A DNA stretch of 63,951 bases, counting the filler, from Octopus bimaculoides (taxonomy: Eukaryota): the NCBI RefSeq assembly GCF_001194135.2. It is 8 parts of 7 records of this genome, joined end to end, with 100 filler letters (N's around TTAATTAATTAA, not from the genome) between each part and the next. Parts side by side here need not be neighbours in the genome. Positions count along the whole stretch, not along the records: positions 23,490 to 28,018 come from NW_026391911.1; positions 28,119 to 41,988 come from NC_068988.1; 6 more parts are not named here. One strand, written 5' to 3'. Under the pieces are notes generated by a model. The model made no database searches. It was not told the DNA's origin and worked only from the letters and a program-made list of their open reading frames with translations. A program made the position numbers and the translations under genes. Below, piece by piece: positions 24,906 through 37,231 of the stretch. Position 1 is the first letter of the stretch; each line of letters opens with the position of its first letter.

Positions 24906-24936
<31 letters not shown>

Positions 24937-24954
24937 AATGATGACAATGATGAT

Positions 24955-24990
<36 letters not shown>

Positions 24991-25135
24991 GGTGGTGGTG
25001 GTGGCGTCGGCGGCGGCGATGATGATGATAACGATGATGACAGTAATATAATAATGATGATGATGGTGATGTTGATGATGGTGATAGTGATGACGATGAT
25101 GATCATCATATTGATGATGATGATGGTAGTGTTCT
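24855..25135 (+). repeat. (GAT)n/(GAC)n/(GGC)n compound trinucleotide repeat
   Basis: Direct inspection. Confidence 0.9.
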
Positions 25136-25461
25136 GAACAGAGACACCCGTAGTCGGCAGACATGAACACATTCATACGGTCTAATAACTTATACGTACA
25201 CACACACACACACGCACACACACGCACACGCACACACACGCACATACTCACGCACGCACGCACGTATAAACATGCATGTTTGTATGTGTGAATGTGCTGG
25301 TAGTAATGTGAACATGTGTATATTCAGATGCATTAGTATACCAAGTATACACACACACACACACACACTCACACACACACACACATATATATATACACGC
25401 ATACGCGCAAAGACATACACATATACATACATATCATATGCATATACATACATACATACTC

Positions 25462-25496
<35 letters not shown>

Positions 25497-25521
25497 TATG
25501 TATGTGTGTGTATACATATAC

Positions 25522-25556
<35 letters not shown>

Positions 25557-25832
25557 NNNNNNNNNNNNNNNNNNNNNNNNNNNNNNNNNNNNNNNNNNNN
25601 NNNNNNNNNNNNNNNNNNNNNNNNNNNNNNNNNNNNNNNNNNNNNNNNNNNNNNNNNNNNNNNNNNNNNNNNNNNNNNNNNNNNNNNNNNNNNNNNNNNN
25701 NNNNNNNNNNNNNNNNNNNNNNNNNNNNNNNNNNNNNNNNNNNNNNNNNNNNNNNNNNNNNNNNNNNNNNNNNNNNNNNNNNNNNNNNNNNNNNNNNNNN
25801 NNNNNNNNNNNNNNNNNNNNNNNNNNNNNNNN

Positions 25833-25864
<32 letters not shown>

Positions 25865-26317
25865 TTGCGTATATGGAAATGACTGGAAATATTATTTGAT
25901 CATTTTAGCGTTCCGCCATTTAACATCATCGAACGGATATTGAGAATGGCTAACATTTACAGCGAATGTATACCCATCATATCTTAGCAAACGGAAACAT
26001 AATTGAAAAAATGGCTACCGGAGAACTTCCAATTATGAATCTGACACTTCTGGGACGTAGTTTTGTCGTTTAGTCGTTAGTTTGCAACCGCTCTATTTGA
26101 CCCTTTTAAAATCAAACAAACATACTGCTACCGTCTGCCATTGAAATAATGTCGTCTGCTATTCAATGAAATGAAAACGATAAGGAAAATAATTAGGAAG
26201 ACATCAAACATCGATGTAAATCCGCTGTTTTAACGTACGACCGTGAGTAAAGGGTGAGTTGGAATAGATATTATTACTATTAATATAACTATTATTACTG
26301 TTATTATTATTATTATT

Positions 26318-26530
26318 AAGGTGGCGAGCTGACGGAACCGTTAGCACGCCGGACAAAATGCTTAGCAGCATTTCACTCGTCTTTACGTTCTGAGTTCAAA
26401 TTCCGCCGAGATCGACTTTACTTTTTCGGGGTCGATAAAATAAGAACCAGTTGAACACTCGGGTCTATATAATCGACTTAACCCTCCTCCTAAATTGCTA
26501 GCCTAATGCCAAAATTTGAAACCATTATTA
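26318..26530 (+). mobile_element. Nin-domain SINE
   Basis: AAGGTGGCGAGCTGACGGAACCGTTAGC...GAGTTCAAATTCCGCCGAG...GGGGTCGATAAAATAAG, ATT tail. Confidence 0.85.
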
Positions 26531-26844
26531 TTCTGTCAAATCGCCACCATCCTTATAATAATAATAATAATAATAATAATAAAGTTCAGGGGTCGATTTC
26601 TTCGACTAAAGGGTGGTGCTCCAGTATGGCCACCGTCAAGTGACTGAAACACGTAAAAGAATAAAAGAATACCAGAAAAACATTCCGTACCACTAAACCA
26701 AGAAGGTTCTTTGGATATGTACGATGTATTTTAAGGTTAAATAGTAATTCCGTTTATGTTTGTGTAACATATTTTTGTTGGATTATATAGTCATTAGTGT
26801 TACATTGCTTTCTATATTCTGTAACTGTCAAAATATACTTTTCT

Positions 26845-26975
26845 AGGCCTGATTTTTTTTGTGGGGAGGGAGCCAGTTGATTAGATCGACTCCAGTACAC
26901 AACTGGTACTTAATTATCGCCCTCGAAAGGAAAAAGGTAAAGTCGAGCTCGGCAGAATTTGAACTCAGGACAGAT
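26845..26975 (-). mobile_element. Nin-domain SINE fragment
   Basis: Reverse complement of the Nin domain (GAAAGGAAAAAGGTAAAGTCGAGCTCGGCAGAATTTGAACTCAG). Confidence 0.75.
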
Positions 26976-27022
26976 GCTTACATTTTTTTATGTTTTCCGT
27001 GAATTTTTCACCGGTCCAGTTA

Positions 27023-27023
<1 letters not shown>

Positions 27024-27099
<76 letters not shown>

Positions 27100-27180
27100 A
27101 AGAAGAAGAAGAAGAAGAAGAAGAAGAAGAAGAAGAAGAAGAAGAAGAAGAAGAAGAAGAAGAAGAAGAAGAAGAAGAAT
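27024..27180 (+). repeat. (AAT)n(AAG)n compound microsatellite
   Basis: Direct inspection. Confidence 0.97.
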
Positions 27181-28018
27181 AGCAGTGAAGGTGAATATAA
27201 ATCATTTAGTGAGTTTAAACACACGATAATAAAAAGAACATGAAAAGCAAGAATATTTTACAGCAAAAGCAGACACCTTTGAAAAGAAAAACGATAACAC
27301 ATTGTTTATCAACAACATTAATGTGATGCATCTCAACGACACTTTTGGCAATAAGCACTCGAGCACGCATATATTTTTTAAACGTTAGACTAGTTGTTGT
27401 ATAACTCAACAATTTCAATCTTGGATTAACAATATAGTGTTACGTTGAAGTGTTCCCATAAATACAGAAAAACATTTGAATGGTTCAATGTCGGATACAG
27501 CCTTAGTTATGGTTGCTTTTGCTATGATCTGGTAGGCGTGGTTTCTCTAAACATTCTTGTAGCATGCATGAATAGCTAGATAACTAAATATGTTTATTTT
27601 TCATTCTTTCCTAATCTACTGACATCTTCAATTTTGCGTACTAAACTGGTTTTTCTTGGCGTATTGTATTTCTCCTTAACGTTCTTTCTGTATGCGCTCA
27701 TATATTAGAGATATTATCTCGATCCACTTTGAATTTTTCTCGTTTTGAGTTACCTTGGTAACATTGTGTTAACGTAAATTTTTGGATATATTGATTTTAT
27801 TGGTGTTCTGTAAGTTTTTTCGATAACTAAATATGCTGGTAGGTCAGAAAACTTCGCCGGTAATCTATGGTGTAATTATCAACTAAAGATATAATTTTCA
27901 CCATTCTAATTCATGCTATTATACACGCACACATACGCACACGTGCACATACACACACACATATGATAAATAAAAAAAGAAACGAAGAACAAACAAGAAA
28001 AAACAACAGCACGAGGAC

Positions 28019-28118
28019 NNNNNNNNNNNNNNNNNNNNNNNNNNNNNNNNNNNNNNNNNNNNTTAATTAATTAANNNNNNNNNNNNNNNNNNNNNNNNNN
28101 NNNNNNNNNNNNNNNNNN
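28019..28118. other. Artificial contig-joining spacer
   Basis: 44 N + TTAATTAATTAA + 44 N. Confidence 0.97.
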
Positions 28119-28546
28119 TTTTTTTTTTTTTTTTTTTTTCTTAAGTTTCAGCTTAGAGCTGCGGCCATGCTGATGCACCAAAGAAGTACAGAAAAAGAGA
28201 AAAATACAAAGTGCTTAGTAGGAGGAAATTTTAAAATACAGTATACTATTGCGACTGGAAGCGAAATACTTAACAAAAGAGAAATAAAAATGCAAATCAT
28301 AATTTCTCTCTTCATGAAGCCTCTCTTAACTTTTTACAGAATTACATAATTTTCACGGGTTTTTTAATACTGGGGCAGATGCCCTAGACGGGAAAACATG
28401 CGTTTTCCATTCGCGAGAATATACAGGAGTACACCTACGGTAATCCCACTTGTTCTCCTCTAATACTAGACTATTTTGTTTGCTCAATATAGAGTGATTG
28501 CTTATGAGCTTTAAGCTTATAAAATATTGTTATTAATGTATATACT

Positions 28547-28745
28547 GGTGGCTAGCTGGCAGAATCGTTATCACACTGGACGAAATGCTTAGCAATATTT
28601 CACCCGTCGTTACGTTGTGAGTTCAAATTCCGTCGAGGTCGGTTTTGCTTTTAATCTTTTCGAGGTTGATAAATTAAGTACCAGTTACTCACTGGGGATT
28701 TATGTAATCGATTATCCTCTCCCTCAAATTCCAGGTCTTATTTCA
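28547..28745 (+). mobile_element. Nin-domain SINE
   Basis: Head, B box GAGTTCAAATTCC, and Nin domain. Confidence 0.85.
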
Positions 28746-28752
28746 GGATTAT

Positions 28753-28787
<35 letters not shown>

Positions 28788-29210
28788 NNNNNNNNNNNNN
28801 NNNNNNNNNNNNNNNNNNNNNNNNNNNNNNNNNNNNNNNNNNNNNNNNNNNNNNNNNNNNNNNNNNNNNNNNNNNNNNNNNNNNNNNNNNNNNNNNNNNN
28901 NNNNNNNNNNNNNNNNNNNNNNNNNNNNNNNNNNNNNNNNNNNNNNNNNNNNNNNNNNNNNNNNNNNNNNNNNNNNNNNNNNNNNNNNNNNNNNNNNNNN
29001 NNNNNNNNNNNNNNNNNNNNNNNNNNNNNNNNNNNNNNNNNNNNNNNNNNNNNNNNNNNNNNNNNNNNNNNNNNNNNNNNNNNNNNNNNNNNNNNNNNNN
29101 NNNNNNNNNNNNNNNNNNNNNNNNNNNNNNNNNNNNNNNNNNNNNNNNNNNNNNNNNNNNNNNNNNNNNNNNNNNNNNNNNNNNNNNNNNNNNNNNNNNN
29201 NNNNNNNNNN

Positions 29211-29402
29211 ATATATATAAACAAATAGTAAATGAGTATATGCATATATACGTACAGGTATGTGCATACCGACATCCACCTGTATGTATAGGTGCATATC
29301 TGGGTACAGGACATTGCAAACAAAACGTAGACGAGAAAGCACACAAGCCACACAGAGAACATTCTTCTTCATCAGCTACCCCCGTTTTAACACCGGCGTT
29401 TC
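29211..29402 (+). repeat. ~190-bp interspersed repeat, second copy at 41451-41637
   Basis: High identity by eye; both copies follow a (TA)n tract. Confidence 0.85.
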
Positions 29403-29636
29403 GAAGAGCTGGTGTGTGTATATTTTTGTGTGTCTGAGTGTGTCCCTCCAACATCGCTTAACAACTGCTGCTGGTGTGTTTACGTCCCCGTAACTTAGCG
29501 GTTCGGCAAAAGAGACCAATAGAATAAGTACTAGGTTTACAAAGAATAAGTCCTGGGGTCGATTTGCTCGACTAAAGGCGTTGCTCCTGCATGGCCACAG
29601 TCAAATGCCTGAAACAAGCAAAAGAGAGTAAGAGTA
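29403..29636 (+). mobile_element. CORE-like SINE body and tail
   Basis: GGTGTGTTTACGTCCCCGTAACTTAGCGGTTCGGCAAAAGAGACC...AAAAGAGAGT. Confidence 0.85.
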
Positions 29637-30268
29637 TAGTTGTTTTATTTCTTATGCGTTTCGGCTCAAAGACTGTGGCCATTCTGTGGCATATCATTGT
29701 AATTATGTAACTATGCATTGTATCTATGCATATAATCTTTATGCGTAACTGACTTACTTTTCCTGATTCATTGCAAAACATATTGGAAATATCATATGAA
29801 AGTAGGTAAATGACACAAGGCACTGGCATTTAGCTAAAAGGATACTCTACTATATGTTCAACATATATCTGTATGAATCGAAATGCAATGTACAGGCAGA
29901 GAAAAATGAAATACGAAAACCAAATGACATTAAATGCAAAGGAAAGAAATGTAACACATAAATACAAATAGACACACACACAAGTGAGTGGGTGAGTGTG
30001 TGTGCGTGTGTGTGTGTGTGTGTGTGGTTGATGACGTCACTTCAATTTAAATACTTCAAAAGAGAGTCTGGTATATATTTTTCTTTGTATTGGAGACGGT
30101 GAAACTCGAAAAGAAAAAAACCCTTTATATAATAGCATGTAATAGAAAGGAAATATTGAGGCAGTTTTCGAATGTTTCCCTCTAAACAATGTTTTTAACC
30201 CCAAAATTACATGCTGTTATTTATAGCATTAATTACTTGGAGTGTCACCGTTCCTAAAACAATTCTTT

Positions 30269-30309
<41 letters not shown>

Positions 30310-30869
30310 CTCTGTTTTTTCCGTCCTTTCTTTACCGTCCTTGTTTTCGTATACATTCGCTGCTCGCTTCCAAGGAATCTAATGCTATTAGCTTAGAATT
30401 TTCTTGGGGCTGGCCACATTGGAGCAATCTCGAGTATAACCAGCCGAAATTGGAAAGATAATCTGGAACTCGACTGAGGAAAGTAGACTGCGAATGACCC
30501 GTCCTCGTTTTCTTTGTATCGTCTGTCTGGATGTTTTGTTGTCACTTTCTTGTATCACCTTACTGTCTGTATGTTTGCGTTCTTGTCCCATTTTGTATTA
30601 TATGGAATATAATGTTGAAATATGTAAAATGCTAAGCAATGCAAATAGATTCGAAGATGAGGTAACGTTAACTAAAAGTAAGTTACTTCACCTTAAAATC
30701 TATTTGGATTGTTTAGCTTTTTACATCTTTCGACATTATATATATGTATATATGTATGTATGTATGTATATATGTATGTATGTATGTATGTATGCATGTA
30801 TGTATGTATGTATCCAATATTTAAAGAATGGAATAGATGAAATCTGAGTTACAGATGTTTCATTGCGAG

Positions 30870-31100
30870 CGAACCATCGATAGTGGTTCCGGGTTCGGTC
30901 CCACTGCGTGGTATCTTGAGCAAAGTCTCGGGCTGACCAACGCCTTGTGAGTGGTTTTGGTAGACGGAAACTGATAGAAGCCCATCGTATTTGTATATGT
31001 ATATATCTATGTATTTGTGTTTGTGTATGTCTCTCACCAATGCTGGACGATTGGTGATGCTGTGTTTACGTCCCCGTAAATTAGCGTTTCGGCCAAAGAG
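30870..31100 (+). mobile_element. CORE-like SINE, partially deleted
   Basis: GGTTCCGGGTTCGGTCCCACTGCGTGG...GGTAGACGGAAACTGA and body start. Confidence 0.8.
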
Positions 31101-31569
31101 ACACATATCATCAATTGTTTTGTGATATCAGATCAGGCATCACAAAATATCTTTACGGGAGTTATAGCAACATCAGTCATGCTCGCGTCACTAACCACAG
31201 TGAAGATTTCAGCCAGTCTAATATCACTCCAATGTCTTAAGCGTATTGTACAAAAGGTGCAATTTTTATTTTAGGAAATATCTCGGTCATCGCTTTTCTA
31301 AAACATTGTTGGTTTGGTGTGAAGCAATATCGAAAAAAATGAGAAGCCTCATCTATAAATGTTTTACATAATTCCAAAAGTTTGAATTTTAAAAAACTGA
31401 GATAGGATTTTTAGTTTTGTTCAGCACGAGATCTACTGGATTTTTGTTTCCATGACAATCCATATAAAAACAAACCATCAAATACTAGTTTTCCTCTGCA
31501 AGTCACAAAAGTGTTTATCAGCATTTTTGATCAATAGTGATTAACTAATATATATTATTTTTTTTTACT

Positions 31570-31730
31570 ACTCTAGGCACAAGGTCCGAAATTTTGGGTG
31601 AGGGGGCCAGTCGATTAGATCGATCCCAGTAAGCAAAGTTTACCTCGGTGGAATTTGAACTCGGAACGTACAGACAGACGAAATGGCGCTAAGCATTTCG
31701 TCCTGCGTGCTAACATTTCTGCCAACTTGC
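31570..31730 (-). mobile_element. Nin-domain SINE, internally deleted
   Basis: Reverse complement head GCTAAGCATTTCGTCCTGCGTGCTAAC and CTCGGTGGAATTTGAACTC. Confidence 0.8.
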
Positions 31731-33029
31731 AGTCATAGTGATTAACTAATATTAACGCGGTCTTAATCATCGTGTAAGTTTATATTTAAAATCTATCCCT
31801 CGCTTGGAGCATCCTAACACTAAGAAAGCCCAAGTTATTTATATGTTGGTACATCTCGGAAATAGTGTTAGCACAGTCATGTGGTAGTTTGGTTCCTTAC
31901 CGCAACAGATAGGCCGGAACAATAATTAAAATCTGTTCAACCGTGACTTACAAGTTTTAATTTTCATAAAGTATGATGGGCTCATTAATCAATGAGGCCT
32001 CATATTTTCATTTTCTGTTATTCCATGCGTGCAGTAGGCGGGAAAAGGATTTTAGATTGTCATACGCTTTTTATCTACTGTTTTGAGCACAGTCGAGAAG
32101 ACATGATTATACTTTTTCGATGGTTAATTATTCCTGGAAATGATAAAAAAATTCACTGTAGTTAATTACACAGAGACACCATCTGTATGAAACACAATAG
32201 TTAATTTAGTATTTACACAAATAACACATTAAATATATAATTAGAAGTAAGTATGCAATGAGAAAGAAAAATAGATAAGTCAATTAATCATATGATTTTA
32301 ATCATTTCGACATCAACGAGACTCCGCTCTGCGCTTCTTTTCGAATTATATATGACATCACAAGCGAAGAATATAATTCAACGTAATTGCTAAGTGTTCA
32401 CAAGGACAGCACTAAGTATACGTATATAATATTGAACATGAAGAACTTGATTATATAAAAATATTCAAACAAACAACAGAACACTAACTAATCACTGAGG
32501 TTAATTAATCATAGACGCTATCCGAATGAAACAATAGTTAACTTACTTGTTAGTAAATTAAGCAATAAATAATTAATTAGAAATAGTTATACGTTGAAAG
32601 AAGTCGACAGGATGTAATTTGCCAGATTTTTATGATCTAGCTAAAAGGGGTAACTATTTTGTGGAGAAGATAACTTAATGACTTGTGTATATGTGGTCAA
32701 ATTATACAGCGTATAACAGTGTTGGTCAACATTTTATCCCAAACACTGAATGGAAGCAAAGCGGAATCTTTATGTCTGTTTTCTGATAAACAGAAATGCT
32801 GTAGAAAAACGTATAAACACACCCACACACTGTCGCTCGAAAACACAGTCACAATTTAGGGGCTGAAACAAATATCGTATATGCAATATATATATATGTG
32901 TGTGTGTGTGTGTCTGTCTGTGTGTGTACACATAACTATACGTATATGCATACATGCATATATATATATATATATANNNNNNNNNNTCTTATATATATAT
33001 ATATATATATGCAAACACATCTATATCTT

Positions 33030-33320
33030 TCTACTCTTTTACTTTTTTATTTGTTTCAGTCATTTGACTGCGGCAATGCTGGAGCACCGCCTTTAGTTGG
33101 ACAAATCGACCCCGGGACTTATTCTTTGTAAGCCTACTCCTTATTCTATTGGGCCCTATTGCCGGTGTGTTTACACCCCTATTACTAGCGGTTCGGCATA
33201 AGATACAGATAGAATAAATACTAGGCTTACAGAGAATAAGTCCACGGTTCGATTTGCTCTAATAAAAGGCAGTGCTCCAGCATGACCGCAGTCAAATAAC
33301 TGAAACAAGTAAAAGAATAC
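33030..33320. mobile_element. Two CORE-like SINE tails in inverted (back-to-back) orientation
   Basis: Minus-strand tail 33030-33140 and plus-strand body/tail 33160-33320. Confidence 0.85.
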
Positions 33321-33849
33321 GTATAAATCTATACACACATATACCCAAACACACACACACACACATACATATGTAATACTGTGCGTGTGGTCATACGTAT
33401 TTATGTGAATAAATGTGCATGTACGTGTTTATTACTGATAGAGCACGCGGAGATAAACCATATGAAATATATATAAAATAGAACTGTGACGCGAATGGCG
33501 AATGAATATGTAAATAGTGAATGTGTAATAATAATAAGTAATTGGCAGACGATCAGAGAAAGAGAGTGGTAGAGAGAGGAGAGAGGAGAACAGAGATGTG
33601 AGAATGAGAGAGTGAGGGAGTGTTGGAACGACAGACAGACATACAAAAGACAACGAGAGAGTGACGAAGTGGTGGACAGTGAGATGCCATGCTGAGATGG
33701 AGCCATTATGAAAAAGATGTATAAAGCTTGGAATAGAGATGTTTGTAAATGGCAAAAGATAAGATAGGGAGAGAAGGGTTTGAGGAGAATATACATGGGT
33801 GTAAGGTGTGGAAGGGTATAAGGGTGGAGGAGATCTGAGTTACAAGAGT

Positions 33850-34262
33850 TGCAGCAGCAGCAGTAGTAGTCGTTGTGGTGGTAGTGGTGGTGGTGGTAGT
33901 GTTGATGTTAGAGACAGTGGTTGTAGTAGTAGTAGTAGTAGTTATTTCAGTGGCAGAAATAGTAGTTGTGGTGGTCGTGGTGGTAATAGTGGTATGTACT
34001 AGTTGTAGTGGCAGGTATACTAGAAATTGCGGTGTTAGTGGTAATAGTTGCGGCAGCACCAGTAGCAGCAACCGCAGTAGCACCATCATCATCAGCAGCA
34101 GCAACAACAGCTAGTAGTAGTAATAGTGGTAGTAGCAGTGGTAGTAGCAGCAGCATCAGCACTTTTATCAGTGTTAGACGACTGAAGAAAAAAGTATTAA
34201 TGATGATGAAAAATAAAAAAATATATATATTGCAATAGAAAGGTGATGATGATGATGATGCT

Positions 34263-34293
<31 letters not shown>

Positions 34294-34298
34294 ACGAC

Positions 34299-34343
<45 letters not shown>

Positions 34344-34940
34344 TGAGAACATCAGCAACAAAAACAAGAAAGAAAGGAAAAGAAAGAAGAGGAACAATGC
34401 GAACAAGTTGAAGTAAAGTATAACAAGAAGTGGAAAACAGGATTGTCTTGGTGTAAATGGAAGGTTGGGCAAATAGGGGAGAGAGAAGTGAACCCTAACG
34501 ACCTAAACTGATATGGATATGTGGTGAAGAAGAAGAAGAAGAAGAAAGAGCGGAGTATATGAAAAAGAGGAGAAAGGGAAGGAGATAGAGAAGGAGGAGG
34601 CGGAGGAGGAGATTAAGATGATGAACAAGAAAAAGAAGAAGAGGAAGGAGAAGGAGAAAAAGAAGAAGATATGAGAAAGAGGAGAAAGTGAAGAAGGTAG
34701 AGAAGGAGGATGAGGAGAAGAAGGAGGATGAGGAGAAGAAGAAGAAGAAGAAGACGAAGAAGAAGGAGAAGAAGAAGAAAAAGAGGAAGAAGGAAGAGAA
34801 GTAGGAGAAGGAGGGGAAGAAAATGAAGAAGAAGAAGAAGAAGAAGAAGAAGAAGAAGGAGGAGGGAAGAAATAGAAGAAGAAGAAGAAGGAAGAGGAGG
34901 AAGAGGAGGAGGAGAAGATAGAGAGAAGAATGTGAGAGAA
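33850..34940 (+). repeat. Low-complexity block: (GTA/GTG/GCA)n, (GAT)n, (GAA/GGA)n
   Basis: Direct inspection; strongly purine-rich plus strand in 34520-34930. Confidence 0.9.
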
Positions 34941-35384
34941 ACTGGGGGAGGGGTGATTTGGGATGAGAAAGAGAGGTGTTTCCGTAGGAAATAGGCGAGA
35001 GAGAAATAAAGAAGCAAAGAATGGTAAACGTTTGTGACAAACAAATGAATAAAACAAACCGAAGTTCATCTCGGCCATTTATATTCGATGTGGCATTTCA
35101 AGCCAGGAATCTGTCACTGGTGTTTAACAAAGTTTCTAATTGTTCTGTCTGACTTGTACTCTTGCGGAGATACAGCAGTAGAGAGAATTTGAGAAATTAC
35201 ACTATCATACATAGTCTACCAACCAACTCCACCTATACACACTTTTACTTTCTGTCTCTTGCGATCTTTCAGGAATTACACCATCATGAAATTAAACTGC
35301 CCCTCCCTCTCTCTGTATATATATATCTATCTATTTCTCTATCTTTCTATCATTCAATCAATCAATCAATCTATGTATGTATAG

Positions 35385-35436
<52 letters not shown>

Positions 35437-35856
35437 ACTGTCTGTATGTCTGTCTGTCTGCGTGTCTCTCTGTCTATCTGTCGCTCTTTGTCCCTCTCGC
35501 TCTCCTTTAACACATCGACCGGGTTAAGACAAAGTAGCAGTCAGTGTTTACATAGCTGTGTATATATAAATAATACATGAGATTAACTGCTACTTGCTGG
35601 TAGCCATTCTAGCAACAATAACGTAGATTTCGTACATTACCAAGACTAGCAACTATGGCGTTTTTCAATTAAAGGCGACTGGGATCCATTTGAAAGACGA
35701 CTCATTTACACGTTTGCAAATTACAGCACACGTACGAGAAGGGAAGTGAAGAGATGTGTTGGGGTGGAGTGACTAACAGATAGAGAAGGAAGGAAAACAG
35801 AGATGAAGAATAGAGAGAGACAGAGATGTGAGAGAGGGGGAAATAGGAGAGAGAGA

Positions 35857-35932
<76 letters not shown>

Positions 35933-36059
35933 CAGAAGCTAAACCAGAGATACACGGATTACAGGCAGAAATAGATGTGTGGCAAGAAAACCCGGGAGAA
36001 AATTTTAAAAATAGATGAGATTGATTGCAATGATTTTAATCATTAATTTGGTAGTGCAC

Positions 36060-36240
36060 GTGATGTTGGTGATGATGCTGATGACGAGACGACGATGACG
36101 ACAACGACGAATATTGCGTGATGATTACGACGATGACGACGACGACGACGACTACAAATATGATGTTTACGACGGCGACAATGATAATAATGATGGCAAT
36201 GAGATCGGAGGTGATGACAGTAGTGATGACAGTAGTGATG

Positions 36241-36272
<32 letters not shown>

Positions 36273-36275
36273 GGC

Positions 36276-36323
<48 letters not shown>

Positions 36324-36415
36324 GACGACGACGAGGATGAAGATGACGATGTTGATGATGTTGATGCTGCTGCTGATGATGATAATGATGATGGTGATGA
36401 TGATGATGCGGAGGA
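36060..36415 (+). repeat. (GAT/GAC)n trinucleotide repeat
   Basis: Direct inspection. Confidence 0.9.
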
Positions 36416-36606
36416 TTAACATTTTGAGGAGGAGCACAATCATAATTGTTAGTTGAGCAAGAGAAAAATCTTTACAAGTTAATTGGAATATTATTTTGTA
36501 ACGGTTGAGGACAAGCAAATTTAAAGCATCGGATATGGCACACACGTACACAAAGACACGCACGCACACACACACACACACGCACACACGCACGCACATT
36601 TATATG

Positions 36607-37080
36607 ACACCTTGGGCAAGTGTCCTCTATTATCGCCTCGTGTCACCCGACGTCTTGCGAGTGGATCTGGTAGACTGAAACTGAAAGAAGCCTGTCGTAT
36701 ATATGTGTGTGCGTGTGTGTGTGTATGTGTGTGTGTGTGCGTGTGTTTGTATGTCTGTGTGTGTGCGTGTGTGTGTGTTTATGTATATGTGTGTGTGCAC
36801 GCGTATGGTTATGTATGTGTGTGTATGTTTGAGTTTGTGCATGTATGTGTATCTTTGTGTCTGTGTTTTCCCCTCCCCCGCAATCACTTGACGGCCAATG
36901 TTGGTGTATTTACGTTCCGTCACTTAGCAGTTAGGCAAAAGGAGGCGATAGAATAAGTACTAGGCTTATAAAGAATAAGGCCTGGGATCGATGTCTTCGG
37001 CTAAAAGGCCCTTTAAGGCGGTGCACCAGTTGGCTCCAGTCAAATGCTTGAAACAAGTAAAAGAATAAAAGAAATAAAAG
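36607..37080 (+). mobile_element. CORE-like SINE (head truncated, expanded (TG)n)
   Basis: CACCTTGGGCAAGTGTC...body...GAAACAAGTAAAAGAAT. Confidence 0.85.
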
Positions 37081-37204
37081 TGTATACATATATATATATA
37101 TATAGTTAAAAAAAACACAAAAAACGGTAATAAATAGACAACAAAGTGAGGACGTGATACGGATAGTGTTATTGGACGCTCTGGAAAGGAAGGAGAGAGA
37201 GTAT

Positions 37205-37231
37205 GACGTTTCGGGCGGAGCCCTTCGTCGG
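37205..37231 (-). ncRNA. Degenerate minimal type I hammerhead ribozyme motif (Penelope-like repeat)
   Basis: Minus strand CCGACGA-A-GGGC-TCC-GCCC-GAAAC-GTC; U4 replaced by C and helix I weak. Confidence 0.45.

Noticed and set aside
28340-28440. Strong acceptor (CTTTTTACAG) and donor-like GTAATC on the plus strand
   Set aside because: All three frames contain stops.
29365-29405. Permuted hammerhead-like order GAAAC...CTGATGA on the minus strand (also ~41600-41637)
   Set aside because: I could not form helices I and III around a valid cleavage triplet, and helix II pairing differs between the two copies.
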